A DNA stretch of 64,000 nt from a virus (Duplodnaviria; Caudoviricetes): positions 1-64,000 of the IMG/VR virus record IMGVR_UViG_3300020049_010822. The stretch is one strand, 5' to 3'. The position numbers were made by a program, and so were the translations under genes. The notes below the pieces were generated by a model. The model had not been told where the DNA came from, made no database searches, and saw only the letters and a list, made by a program, of their open reading frames with translations. Shown here one piece after another: positions 18,574-28,962 of this stretch (its first letter is position 1; each line of letters starts with the position of its first letter).

Positions 18574-19046
18574 ATCGACAACAAATAGATTGGATTAGAT
18601 GGAACGCCGCTCAGAACAAAAAGTACAGGCATACTGATGCTTACTGGGAAGAAGACGTTCTAGAAGAAATTGAACCCCAAAGATCAAAACGATTGGAGCG
18701 TATAAGACGCCTGAAAGAGGCAAATGATTTTGTGGATCAACTCTTCAAACAAAAATTCGCTCCTAAAATATTCAAGGAGCTGGAATTTGAAATGGAAGTG
18801 GATCGTATAACGAAAATTCGCAAACTTGAAGCTGTTCTACCTACGGGTATGTTGCTTCAAATGCGTGCTTGCGTTCCTGGTCGACTAATTCGCTTAGCGT
18901 ATGAAAGTAAAACTATCTCCGTCCCTGGAGAAGAAACTGGGGATACAGAAGACGAAATCGAACTTAGAGTTCGTGCAGTTCAAAGGAAAACACGTTCCAT
19001 TAAATCAGATGTTGCTGACGTTAAAAGACGTCGGTATTACATTTGA
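18570..19046 (+). CDS. hypothetical protein
   Basis: 158 aa, ATGA overlap. Confidence 0.6.
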   Translation: MNRQQIDWIRWNAAQNKKYRHTDAYWEEDVLEEIEPQRSKRLERIRRLKEANDFVDQLFKQKFAPKIFKELEFEMEVDRITKIRKLEAVLPTGMLLQMRACVPGRLIRLAYESKTISVPGEETGDTEDEIELRVRAVQRKTRSIKSDVADVKRRRYYI

Positions 19047-19242
19047 AGAGGAGCTTTCTTACTCTAAGCAATGGATGTATACCTTTAAGGCCGTATGTCC
19101 ATATGTAAAAATTAATATCGCAGCAAAATCAAAAAACAGATCCAATGCAAAAAGAACAGCTGTTGTCCGAGTTATTAGGTACCTCGGAATTCTCAATACT
19201 TCTCTACACTCTGGTGGGAGAAAAACTACCCCCAACATATAA
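19009..19242 (+). CDS. small hypothetical protein, weak dsRBD-like pattern
   Basis: beta-rich segment then KSKNRSNAKRTAVVRVIRYL helix. Confidence 0.4.
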   Translation: MLLTLKDVGITFEEELSYSKQWMYTFKAVCPYVKINIAAKSKNRSNAKRTAVVRVIRYLGILNTSLHSGGRKTTPNI

Positions 19243-19465
19243 GGGGGTTGCGGCGAAAAAGATATCCCAAGACTGTGTTACCTTTGTAGATCTTTGGAGA
19301 CACATCCAAGGAAAAAAAGAAGCTGTCGCTGTTCTTTGGACTGCGGAAAAGCTACAACACTTGGAAATTACATGGAAGGGAGCTTTTTACTCCAGAGCTG
19401 CTTACACCATCAGTCGCAAGCATCTTAGAGGTGTGCTCCTGGAAATCCTAATTAAAAGCTTATGA
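19145..19465 (+). CDS. hypothetical protein
   Basis: 106 aa, ATGA overlap. Confidence 0.55.
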   Translation: MQKEQLLSELLGTSEFSILLYTLVGEKLPPTYKGVAAKKISQDCVTFVDLWRHIQGKKEAVAVLWTAEKLQHLEITWKGAFYSRAAYTISRKHLRGVLLEILIKSL

Positions 19466-20064
19466 AAAAAAGATTGTTACTGTTAGAGCCCTATGCCGAT
19501 GAAACTATGAAACACGTACAGGAAATACGCATGTTATTCATAAATAACGGTTGGGAAGTACAGAAACTAACTCCTGATTGTAAGACTTATCATGAAAATT
19601 CCGTACTCATCATTCCAGATACTGGAGGATTAAACGGAAATGCGTCCTATTGTTTCAACGCAGACAGCTGGATGCCCCCACATGTAAAGCCTCAAGATCA
19701 AGGTGTGGAGTATTTTCGGTTAAACAGACTTTTGTACTATGTACAGAAGCATATACCAGTCATCGGATTGGGGTACTCCGCTTATGTTATCTTTGCAGAG
19801 GTTCTAAAAGGTACCCTTCAATTTGGTCCTGACGGAATGTCTGTCGGTACTTCCAAAATAAAGGCTCATCTGGAAACAGAATTGTTTTTCTGCCCTCAAA
19901 AGCACTATGTGTGTGGCGGAATGTTTGCTGAAAAAAATCAGAATTACGGTGAGGAATTAATCATCTTCGCTGAACAAATGTTAAAATATGGAGGTCAAGG
20001 GGGGAATGTTAAGGTCCCAGTACCCAACCCACCTTCCGATACTTCAACAAAGTTAATTATATGA
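19462..20064 (+). CDS. degenerate class I glutamine amidotransferase/peptidase C26-like protein
   Basis: LIIPDTGG and IPVIGLGYSA resemble GATase LLLTGG / PILGICRG but the nucleophile Cys is absent. Confidence 0.45.
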   Translation: MKKRLLLLEPYADETMKHVQEIRMLFINNGWEVQKLTPDCKTYHENSVLIIPDTGGLNGNASYCFNADSWMPPHVKPQDQGVEYFRLNRLLYYVQKHIPVIGLGYSAYVIFAEVLKGTLQFGPDGMSVGTSKIKAHLETELFFCPQKHYVCGGMFAEKNQNYGEELIIFAEQMLKYGGQGGNVKVPVPNPPSDTSTKLII

Positions 20065-20369
20065 ACCCGCAACTAGCACGGTACATTACTGATAGGCACT
20101 ACTGAGTGCTTCGTAGAAAAAAAGATGATTGCCCACTTAATGTCTCCTACACTGTAGAAGGGTTAATGTGAACAACCAATAAATTAGGGAAATCTTTATT
20201 CTTCAAGGATACGATAATCTCTAAAGGAAAGATATTGCCAAGGAATGGGCGGTATGAGGAAGCTTCGGACGTCTATTATGAGAAGTTCGAACCAAAGAAT
20301 CATACTGCTTATCCTTTGCAGACAGCCGAATTACGGTGGTTAGACAAGGCCATGCGAATGTCCTACTAA
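20061..20369 (+). CDS. hypothetical protein, first TGA-recoded gene (102 aa, not in ORF track)
   Basis: MNPQLARYITDRHY[TGA 20103]VLRR...LM[TGA 20169]TTNK...MSY-TAA fills the gap exactly. Confidence 0.65.
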
Positions 20370-20429
20370 TCAGGCTGCTCACTCCCCGCTGTAGTTTTAG
20401 AGGGAGATTGAAAACTTAAAATTGAATAC

Positions 20430-21050
20430 ATGGAGAAGATTGCAAACCGCTGGTTCAAAGGCTTTATGATTGCCACCACGGTTACATTGCTTGTTATCAC
20501 TGGTTTTGGCTGGCACCACCAGTTCAAAATTAACAACGAGCAAAAATCGACAATAAATCAGCTAGAAGCACAGGTAGAAATACTTAGCGAAAATATGCTG
20601 AAATTTAAGGCGAGCATGGATACTTTGAGAGAAACCCACCCCTACATGAGTAAAAAGTGAAGGGGCCGGAAGACCTCGTGTGCCAGCGGCACCTTTTTCG
20701 GATTCTTGCTATATACTCCCGTTGATACGGCTGTAAGCAAGGAGTTAGTAATGGCTTTATCAGATTACTCTGGGCCTAAAGCTAAAATTAATTCTCTGAA
20801 ACGACATTACAATCATAAATCAAAGCACTATTGCGGTAAAGCCGTTGATCTTGCTTGAGATGAAACTGTGATTAGTTTCTTAATATCTGATGAAGGACAG
20901 ACGTGGCTACAAAAGCACGGGATTACATTTTACATTGAAGGCAAACCCGGATCGAAGCGAGTATCTAAATATCTCGGCGACCAGAAAGCTGCCCAATTTG
21001 TATTCTTTAATCCGGATGCAACAGCAGATCACGTACATTTGAATGTATAA
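20430..21050 (+). CDS. membrane-anchored peptidase M15-like (Zn D-Ala-D-Ala fold) cell-wall hydrolase, TGA-recoded
   Basis: reading TGA 20658 and 20856 as sense joins TM + coiled coil to SKHYCGKAVD...DHVHL (SxHxxGxAxD / HxH). Confidence 0.8.
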
Positions 21051-21098
21051 AAGGGACAGGGGGAGTAGTCCATCTCCCCCTTTTCCCAAGTTAACATT

Positions 21099-21368
21099 AT
21101 GGACACTTTAGTAACTATAGTGCTTACTTTTGTTGGCACTAAAATCGCTGAATACCTCTGGCAGGTACTACAATCTATCCCCGTAGCCGTAACAGCTACA
21201 AAACAGACAATGACAGACAATGCAACAAGTAATTTACCAAGAGAATCAGGAGACATCTCGATTGTCGGGATTCGCCGCAATAGAAATGGTGGTTACACAG
21301 CCGTGGACCATTACATGAATACGGGACGGGCAGATATCATTAATCTCCGAAACGGAACTCAAAGATAA
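21099..21368 (+). CDS. hypothetical protein (overlaps polA N-terminus)
   Basis: 89 aa with hydrophobic N-terminus; uncertain. Confidence 0.35.
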   Translation: MDTLVTIVLTFVGTKIAEYLWQVLQSIPVAVTATKQTMTDNATSNLPRESGDISIVGIRRNRNGGYTAVDHYMNTGRADIINLRNGTQR

Positions 21369-23175
21369 AATATCCAAGTATGAATACATCGCATTGGATA
21401 CGGAAACTGTTGGTGATTTTACTGATCTCTATGATCGTAAGGTTGTCATGCTCCAAATGGGTAATGATAGAGAACAGTTTGTATGAGACACTCGCAAGAG
21501 TTCACCTCAAGCTTTTTTACATTGGCTCTCGACCAGAGATACGGTTATTATTGGGCACAACATAAAATATGACTACCAAGTCATAAAGACAAACTATGAT
21601 GTGACCTTAGAGAATGTTTGAGACACCATGCTCGCTGCGCAAATAGCAGAGTGTGGATTAGACGCCCCCAAAGGCCACTATACCTTGGAGCAGTGTGTTG
21701 CACGATATGTGCGACCATATTATACTCGTCAAGGTAATTTATTCGCCCCAACAATCACAAAAGACATTAGGAGCTCCTTTGCTCAAGTCAGCAACGCTCC
21801 CTTTACCGCAGAGCAAATTTACTATGGAGCTTTCGATATTGAAACTTCATATGCACTGCATAAAAAATTACTCCAGATCGGAAAACAAGACGATCTACTC
21901 CGTATATTTGAGCTAGAATTTGATTTTCTCAAAGTACTAGGGGACATGGAGTTAAATGGTGTTTATCTAGATGCAGATAAGTGGTTAAAAACCGCTAGAT
22001 CTGTAGAAGAAAAGACCGCAGGAATAAGAAAACAACTAGACGAGCTGGAACCAATAAATTGGGATTCCCCTAAGCAAGCAGTTGTCTACCTGAAAGGTGT
22101 GGGAGTTGATGTGCTAATCCTGGATAAAAAGACCGGGGAAATAAAAGAGAGTGTAGGCAAAATCGGCCTCCAAAAACAGACAGCCCGGTTTCCCATTCTC
22201 AATACTTACCTTGAGTACAAAACGCTTAAGAAAAAAGCAGTTGCGTACGGAGAAAAGTTTTTAAGGCACATCAACCCCCATACGGGTAGAGTTCATAGCT
22301 CGTTTATGCAAATAATGAGGACAGGTCGAACATCCTCCACTAGTCCTAATATACAAAACATCACAAGAGGAGACGTGTATAGGTCCGCATTTATGGCGGA
22401 AGAGGGGAACACATTGGTTGTGGCAGATTTCTCTAATCAGGAGATGAGAGTGATAGCAGACAAGTCAGGGGATCCAAACCTTATTGCCGCGTTTAAAGCT
22501 AACAGGGACGTTCACCTTGAGACTGCTAAGCTTACTTTTGATAATCCTGATTTAGAAAAAGAGTCTGAAGAAAGACAAATGGCTAAGTCCATTAATTTTC
22601 TTGCCGCATTTGGTGGAGGGGCTTCTAAACTTTCTGAATCCTTTGGCATAGCTTTAGCTAAAGCCAGATCAATTTTAAAAATGTATTTCCTAGCCTTCCC
22701 CTCTTTAAGAGCTTATTTTGATGCTCAAGGAGTTCTAGCAAAGGCTAATGGTTATGTACTATGTAATCCAGTTTCTGGACGTAGGTCATATATTCCATTT
22801 TGGAATAAGTACAAAAAATACCAAAGTTATCTAACAATAGCAAAAGCAAAGGGCCATGATCCGCATCCTAAAATTGTAGATGACTATTCATACTATGATG
22901 CTAAAATACAGAGGTGGTCACAAAATTTACCAATCCAATCAACCGCAGCTGATATAAGTAAAAGAGCGGGCGTTCTTCTACGTAAATATAGTAAGAAGAT
23001 TCCGTTCAAGATTATAATATTCGCACACGACGAGTGGGTACTTGAGTGCCCGCTTGAAATCAGTCAAACCGTTTCAAGAATACTAGAGAAGTGTTGTCTG
23101 GAAGCTTCTCGTGAGTATACAACTCATCTAGACATTCCGGCGAAAGCAATTGTATCACTAACATGAAAAAAGTAA
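21220..23175 (+). CDS. polA: family A DNA polymerase with 3'-5' exonuclease, TGA-recoded
   Basis: ExoI ALDTET, ExoII GHNIKYD, [TGA]DTM, motif A ADFSNQEMR, B RQMAKSINF, C HDE; TGA at 21316, 21484, 21619, 23164; start 21220 or 21286. Confidence 0.95.
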
Positions 23176-23182
23176 TTAAAAC

Positions 23183-24274
23183 ATGATTGAAAGTACCATT
23201 ATTTTTGCTATCTTCGGTGTCGGGATGGCTCTGTTGATGTGGCGTATGTACCATGTTGCAAAAGACGACCCAGAATTAGCTGGTCTTGAACCGGCAGCCC
23301 TCTTGGGTAAATCATTCATCAAATACAATCTAACGTACTTGATGGGTCTTCAACTCTGCGCACTTATCGCAGAAGCTGCCCTTTTGGGTTCAGTTGTTGA
23401 CGAAAAGACTAACGTGGCGGTCAGGATGTTCTTACATCTTGTGATGGCTGCAATTAGTACTGTGGGGGCATTTGGCTTAGCCAAGTTCTTTGGTGAATTT
23501 GTGTATGTATTTGTAGCTTGGCCAAAAAGAGCTCCTGGAGTTAGCATCGGTCTGATGATGAGTAATTTTGTACTAACTGCAATCGCTTTCTTCTTTGCAA
23601 TTGGAGCGCCCATATTTAACATGTTAGCTCTAGCTAACGCACTCCATAATACTGTCCAGTTGGATGTATTTATGGCGGCACTTCAGGTGGAATTAGGGTT
23701 CAAGCCTTTAGCTTACCTAACCTATATTATCCAATTAAATGGATTACCTGCTAACTACGCTCCGTTTGCAAGTCTGCATTCGGGTATGGTATCCTCCTTG
23801 GGCATCACTTTCTTCCATTTAATATTGACGTTTTGGGAGATTGTCTACACCCTTAAACTGGCCTTGGAATCCAAAAGTCTTCTGGATACTATTCTTAATA
23901 GAACAGTAGGCCTCGACGACAAAGAAAAGAAAAAGAAAGAGGATAAAAAGGAAGATAAAGAGGACAAGGGTAAAAAGATAGACGGTAGAGTACAAATCGA
24001 GGCCGCTCTTGGTTTCTTGAAATTAGATTCCAAGGATGTGGCAAAGTGGACAGAGAATCTTTTGGAGTATTTAGATGTTGCCACACACGATCAAAAAGCA
24101 GTGGCCACCAGAACAGCGACTATCGCTGCGCTGCATTTCCAGATAAAGAGTTTGGATCGTGGTAAGAAAACTGCGGATAACCGTACCCCTGAAAAACTTG
24201 CGGATGACATTCGTAAAGAGCTGGAAGGGTGGACCAATAACAGCATCACCTTACCAAAAGCAAAAAACGGATAG
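23183..24274 (+). CDS. multi-pass membrane protein with charged C-terminal domain
   Basis: about 6 hydrophobic segments then KE-rich linker. Confidence 0.7.
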   Translation: MIESTIIFAIFGVGMALLMWRMYHVAKDDPELAGLEPAALLGKSFIKYNLTYLMGLQLCALIAEAALLGSVVDEKTNVAVRMFLHLVMAAISTVGAFGLAKFFGEFVYVFVAWPKRAPGVSIGLMMSNFVLTAIAFFFAIGAPIFNMLALANALHNTVQLDVFMAALQVELGFKPLAYLTYIIQLNGLPANYAPFASLHSGMVSSLGITFFHLILTFWEIVYTLKLALESKSLLDTILNRTVGLDDKEKKKKEDKKEDKEDKGKKIDGRVQIEAALGFLKLDSKDVAKWTENLLEYLDVATHDQKAVATRTATIAALHFQIKSLDRGKKTADNRTPEKLADDIRKELEGWTNNSITLPKAKNG

Positions 24275-24312
24275 GGGGGCACGTTTGTTTAAAAGATAAA
24301 TGTCCCCATTAT

Positions 24313-25059
24313 ATGGACAAGAAACAGTGTGACAGGTGCCTCATAGAAGCTACAGGCTGTGCTCAGTGTGGCACTATTCCAGCTTCTTACGCGTTTATCA
24401 ATTCTAAACCTATATGGAAAGCATCCCATAAGGGTAGATGTTGGGAATGTGCTTTAGAAAAAGCTGTGGATATTAATGAGGTCTGTAGGTCTTGCAATCA
24501 GGACAACCATGAGATGAAACTTAGGGAAGTAGTCCTCTGTAAAGCATGCGTTTCTGAATACGCTCTTGTCTGCAAGAAGTGTAAAGAAGATACGGATGTT
24601 TATGCAGAAGGGTCAAACTATTGCCCTACGTGCTTTTATGGTGATGATTTCAAGACCGTTACTATAGACTCACGCCATCCAACTGAGGTTTGTGTCTCCT
24701 GTGGGGAACTGTCACACTTAAATAAGGACAAAGAATGTAAGAATTGCTACGTGGAGAAAACCATGAGTAATGCTTATAATGATGATTGGGGCAAGACAAA
24801 GGTCTGTCCTGAATGTCGGAAAATCACCAAACGAGGTAACAAGATATGTACAGCTTGTCAATTGAAAAAAAGAAGTGTAGCCACCTGTTTTGGGTGTTCT
24901 TCTCGTTTCCAAAAGACCAGTAGGCACGATACATTTTGTCAAGCCTGCAAGAGAAATCTTGAAGTTGGTATATGTACTTCTTGTCGAAGAAATGATGTTG
25001 AGAATTTTGATGAGCGAGGCTGGTGCACAAAGTGCCAGTACGATAACGGACCATTGTAA
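24313..25059 (+). CDS. poly-Zn-ribbon Cys-rich protein
   Basis: 15 CxxC motifs in 248 aa. Confidence 0.75.
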   Translation: MDKKQCDRCLIEATGCAQCGTIPASYAFINSKPIWKASHKGRCWECALEKAVDINEVCRSCNQDNHEMKLREVVLCKACVSEYALVCKKCKEDTDVYAEGSNYCPTCFYGDDFKTVTIDSRHPTEVCVSCGELSHLNKDKECKNCYVEKTMSNAYNDDWGKTKVCPECRKITKRGNKICTACQLKKRSVATCFGCSSRFQKTSRHDTFCQACKRNLEVGICTSCRRNDVENFDERGWCTKCQYDNGPL

Positions 25060-26249
25060 TGAGAGATAAAATACAGGCTGAGGCGCTCGCCGCATGAAAA
25101 GGAGCAAATAAGTGGGGAACAATCATTCTCCCTACTTCACTTGGGAAAACATACGTGGGTGTAATGGCTTATAAGTCTTTCGAGAATCCCCCAAAGACAC
25201 TAGTCATTACCTCACGTGTGCCCATAGTGCACCAGTGAAAAGAAACTTTTGAAGATAAATTTGGAATTAGCTTTCCAATTGATTATCTTTGCATTCAGTC
25301 CGCCTACAAGATAGACGCTGAGTATGATTTAGTTATTATAGATGAGGTACATAGATCCTTATCTCCGGAGTACCGAAAGGTATTTCAAAATATAAAGACT
25401 AAGCATTTAATCTGTTTAACCGCAACCCTGCCAGAAGAAAAGGAATACCGTGATTATTTGGACTCTATATGTCCTGTAGTATATTCTAAGACTTTGGCTG
25501 AGGTGATAGAAAATAAAGTTATACCTGAGTTCACTATTTATAATTTAGAGGTACCTTTATCTCCTAAAGCAGGAGGAAGATATAAAATATTTGATTCTCA
25601 ATTTAATGAGGGTAATATTCTCTTAAACAAGATTTTAAATACTAATGAACTTTATAAGTATAAGTATACTAATACATTTGATCTAGCTAGAAATAATGTA
25701 AATTCTACTGATAAAGCTTTAGCTGCCGCATGTAAAAAGTATTGGGGTGGGATGCAGATGAGAAAGAATGTGGTTTATAGTAATCCATCTAAACTCATAG
25801 CTGCCAGACAAATTATAGAATACATCGGTCCTGAACGAAAATGACTGTTGTTCACCAAATCTATAAAGTTCGCAGAAGAATTGCAAGGAGTGGTTGGAGG
25901 TGGTATATATCATTCTAAAATGAAAACGCAGGAGAGGAGTGATATCCTTGAGCGTTTTAAAGAAAACGAATTTAACATTCTTATCGCAGTAGACGCCCTT
26001 AACGAGGGAGTAAACGTAGTAGATGTGGATGCTGCTATTTGTCTTTCCGGTGTTTCCACCGAATTGACAAATACCCAACAAATAGGACGGCTTTTACGTC
26101 AAAAAGAAGGTAAAAAACGTCCCATATTCATTAACCTCTATTCTAGAAACACTGTTGAAAAAGGTTGGGTAGACAAAAAAACAGTTGGAGCTGGATTAGG
26201 AAAATACGTCAAATGGATAACAAACGTAAGACAAGTCCAAACCGGTTAG
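25059..26249 (+). CDS. superfamily 2 (DEAH/SSL2-like) helicase, TGA-recoded
   Basis: PTSLGKT, DEVH, LTAT, LNEGVN, QQIGRLLR in one frame via TGA 25095, 25236, 25842. Confidence 0.92.
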
Positions 26250-27352
26250 ATAATTATGTACGATCTTTTGGTACTGTTTTACCTAAAGACATACTTTTTT
26301 ATAGAGCCCCAGACGGAGATAAACACGCACTTTGTGTGTTTTGTGATCGTCACCATGACCACCAACCAATTCTTAGGCATGATTATGCTAGTTCAGAATC
26401 CGCACAAGTAGTAGAAGGTGTGTTTAGTTGTGACGCCTGTGCTACAGTTATTGAAAGAATGGAAAAACGAATCTTGGGGGATCGTCCAGGAGATGTGTTA
26501 GAAAACGCCTTAAAATATTCGTTCGGAGAGCATATTGTTGAAAAAAATAGGGAAAAGAATATCAATAATTTCTTGAATGAAGGAATATTTCCCCCTTTTG
26601 CTTATCTCTATTATCAACATCTACCTTCTAGTGATCCTCTAGAAGCTATGCACCGCATAAATCAATGCGTATTCTGCGACGCGGAGATTCAAGAATTTAC
26701 ACCAGATACTTTTAGAATACAAGCTCCTATGGGTCCCGCAGTTTATCATTTAGATGGCGGTGATTTATTAGTGTGTGGGATTTGTTCTAGTAGAATTTCT
26801 GATGCTATACCAGAGATTCATTTTGACGGTTGGGTAAGAAACACCTTCGTGGAAAAAACTTGTCCGAAGTGTACAGCTTCTTTTTTAATTACTAAAGATG
26901 AGGATGAGTATCAGTCCATGTCTAAGACTAGCGGTCAACACTTATGTCCTGCTTGTGCCTATCGCAATGTGGATTTATCCCATGAAGGCCCTTTGTATTT
27001 TCGCATGCAAGAAACAGACGGGCGACTTAAGAGGTATATGGATTCTCTGTGTAATTTTTGTTCAGAATTCTTCTCCATAGACCAAACTCTATCTGAAGCA
27101 TATGTACTTAAAGCTCATGTAACTGCGGCAGGTAAAATTACTTGTTTAGATTGCTGCTATCAGCAACACCAACCAGTAGCCTCTCTTAAAATAGAGGAAA
27201 TGGTGTGGACTTTTTATTTCAATGATGTCACCAATAAAGCTTTTGGGATTAAAAGAATAATTTCAAAGCCGCATTCAGAAATCAGAGAATTTAGTTCCAT
27301 AGCTGATATGTACAGATTTTTTTCAAGGATAGAGGAGGTGTCTAATGGATGA
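26213..27352 (+). CDS. Cys-rich Zn-finger repeat protein
   Basis: 8 CxxC motifs; ATG start at 26213 preferred. Confidence 0.7.
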   Translation: MDNKRKTSPNRLDNYVRSFGTVLPKDILFYRAPDGDKHALCVFCDRHHDHQPILRHDYASSESAQVVEGVFSCDACATVIERMEKRILGDRPGDVLENALKYSFGEHIVEKNREKNINNFLNEGIFPPFAYLYYQHLPSSDPLEAMHRINQCVFCDAEIQEFTPDTFRIQAPMGPAVYHLDGGDLLVCGICSSRISDAIPEIHFDGWVRNTFVEKTCPKCTASFLITKDEDEYQSMSKTSGQHLCPACAYRNVDLSHEGPLYFRMQETDGRLKRYMDSLCNFCSEFFSIDQTLSEAYVLKAHVTAAGKITCLDCCYQQHQPVASLKIEEMVWTFYFNDVTNKAFGIKRIISKPHSEIREFSSIADMYRFFSRIEEVSNG

Positions 27353-27626
27353 GATAATCTATAGAGGTACCGTGCGTATAAATGTGGATGTAAAACTTTA
27401 CTTAAGTCTGTATAAAAAACTCAATCCAGAAAAGGTTGAATATTGGGCAAGCGGATGGTTGACTGGAATACCATTAGTAGACAGAAGGACTAGAGTACCA
27501 GTAAAAAGTACCTCTAAACACTCCACCATCACCGCAACAATACTTGTACTTTTTGATAACGCTATTGAAGAGTATAATAAGTATTATAATGCTTACGTAA
27601 ACATAAATGCCAACTCCAGTAAGTAA
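27345..27626 (+). CDS. hypothetical protein
   Basis: 93-aa ORF in overlapping series. Confidence 0.6.
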   Translation: MDEIIYRGTVRINVDVKLYLSLYKKLNPEKVEYWASGWLTGIPLVDRRTRVPVKSTSKHSTITATILVLFDNAIEEYNKYYNAYVNINANSSK

Positions 27627-27861
27627 ACGTTATCTTTCTAGTGTGAAGATTGGGGGTGTACAACCAGCTCAAATACACATTTTTTCTACCAAAACTGGTC
27701 TTTTTGTATTCAAATTATCGTGGCAAAAATTATCACCCCCATCCCCTAACGTAGAAAGCAAAATGTTAGGCCCTTATAAAGCCATTACAGAAGGGGTTGA
27801 AAAGTGTTTGATTTGGCACGGTAAAAAGTTCAAGTATTTAACGGACTACGATTATGGCTAA
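27607..27861 (+). CDS. hypothetical protein
   Basis: 84-aa ORF. Confidence 0.55.
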   Translation: MPTPVSKRYLSSVKIGGVQPAQIHIFSTKTGLFVFKLSWQKLSPPSPNVESKMLGPYKAITEGVEKCLIWHGKKFKYLTDYDYG

Positions 27862-28138
27862 GAAAAAACGTAAAAGTACGGAAGAGCTTTGGAACGACTG
27901 GGAACATGAAGTACGTAGCTCCAGTATTTGTCAAATAGATTTTGAAACGCAAGATGGAGTTTTTTCTGTCTTCGTCGAGAGAAATCAAATTAATGGTATC
28001 GGATACCGTGCTAATTTTGTAGAAAACGGCTATCACTTAGAAAATATTGCTCATACTACTTTGGTAGGTGTAGTGGTATTAGCTGTAGAAACAGCTTTTA
28101 AGAGTTACCGTGCTATTAGCCTTTTAAGGTATGAATAA
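27854..28138 (+). CDS. hypothetical protein
   Basis: 94-aa ORF. Confidence 0.6.
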   Translation: MAKKKRKSTEELWNDWEHEVRSSSICQIDFETQDGVFSVFVERNQINGIGYRANFVENGYHLENIAHTTLVGVVVLAVETAFKSYRAISLLRYE

Positions 28139-28622
28139 ACGCACTGTAGAATCACTGTTAAAAGTACACTTGACCCACTTACATGTTGGATGTCAAAAGT
28201 ACATGAAGGAAGAAAGTGTAACTTACAATTTTACAATTCATTTCAAGCATAAATACCAATTGGTTGTTTTGCAATCCGTTTGGTATAAAGACATTATACC
28301 TTGCATATTAGACGCCATCTCTATTTTGGAAGCTCTAAATGAAGAGGTAAAAGCAAATTGGGCTATACTTCACGAAGAAATGGTCGTAACAAAATATCTG
28401 ATTAATGAAATTAACGCAAAGTATAATACAAAAGTTGGAGAAAGAGAAGATATCCGTAGAAGAAGCTTTCTACCTCCACTTATTGACAACCGGAGAGATA
28501 ATCTGGATCGAAAAATTCAAAAATGCGCCTTGAAAAAGGCTCAGGTCTCGAAACTTAATCGAGAAACATACGAACCACATTTCAGAATCTGGGAGAAGTT
28601 TGATTTTGAGCTTCCTGGATGA
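28131..28622 (+). CDS. hypothetical protein
   Basis: 163 aa to TGA (TAA at 28637 if read through); 3' part overlaps next gene. Confidence 0.5.
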   Translation: MNKRTVESLLKVHLTHLHVGCQKYMKEESVTYNFTIHFKHKYQLVVLQSVWYKDIIPCILDAISILEALNEEVKANWAILHEEMVVTKYLINEINAKYNTKVGEREDIRRRSFLPPLIDNRRDNLDRKIQKCALKKAQVSKLNRETYEPHFRIWEKFDFELPG

Positions 28623-28962
28623 AGATGGGGTATCTAATCAAGAAATTGGATATTCCCCTGCATTCGAACTTTTTTGAAAAACTTTCCCAGGTTCTGATAG
28701 ATATTTACATTGGCCAGAAACTAGAAAATTAAGAGTGTCTAAAAAGGACACTTACAAAGCGTACTTGCATGCCTTAGATAATGTATCTTCAGATAATTTA
28801 CTAAAGGCTTTAAATCAAGACCTTGAAAATAGAAGAGCTCAAGTAGGAAAAGAAAATCCTTTTAAATTTATGAAGGGATCATTTCGTTGGTTAGAAGATC
28901 AAATGTACAATGAGGTTGAAGTACCACAAACTTTAACGTTTGCAAATGACACACTATTATAA
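28405..28962 (+). CDS. putative replication initiator/helicase loader, TGA-recoded
   Basis: FELF[TGA 28675]KTFP matches the FxxFWxxYP motif of phage replication proteins; TGA 28531; directly upstream of DnaB. Confidence 0.7.

Noticed and set aside
25284-25291. TATCTTTG promoter-like box
   Set aside because: Inside the helicase coding sequence once TGA is read as Trp; no supporting context.
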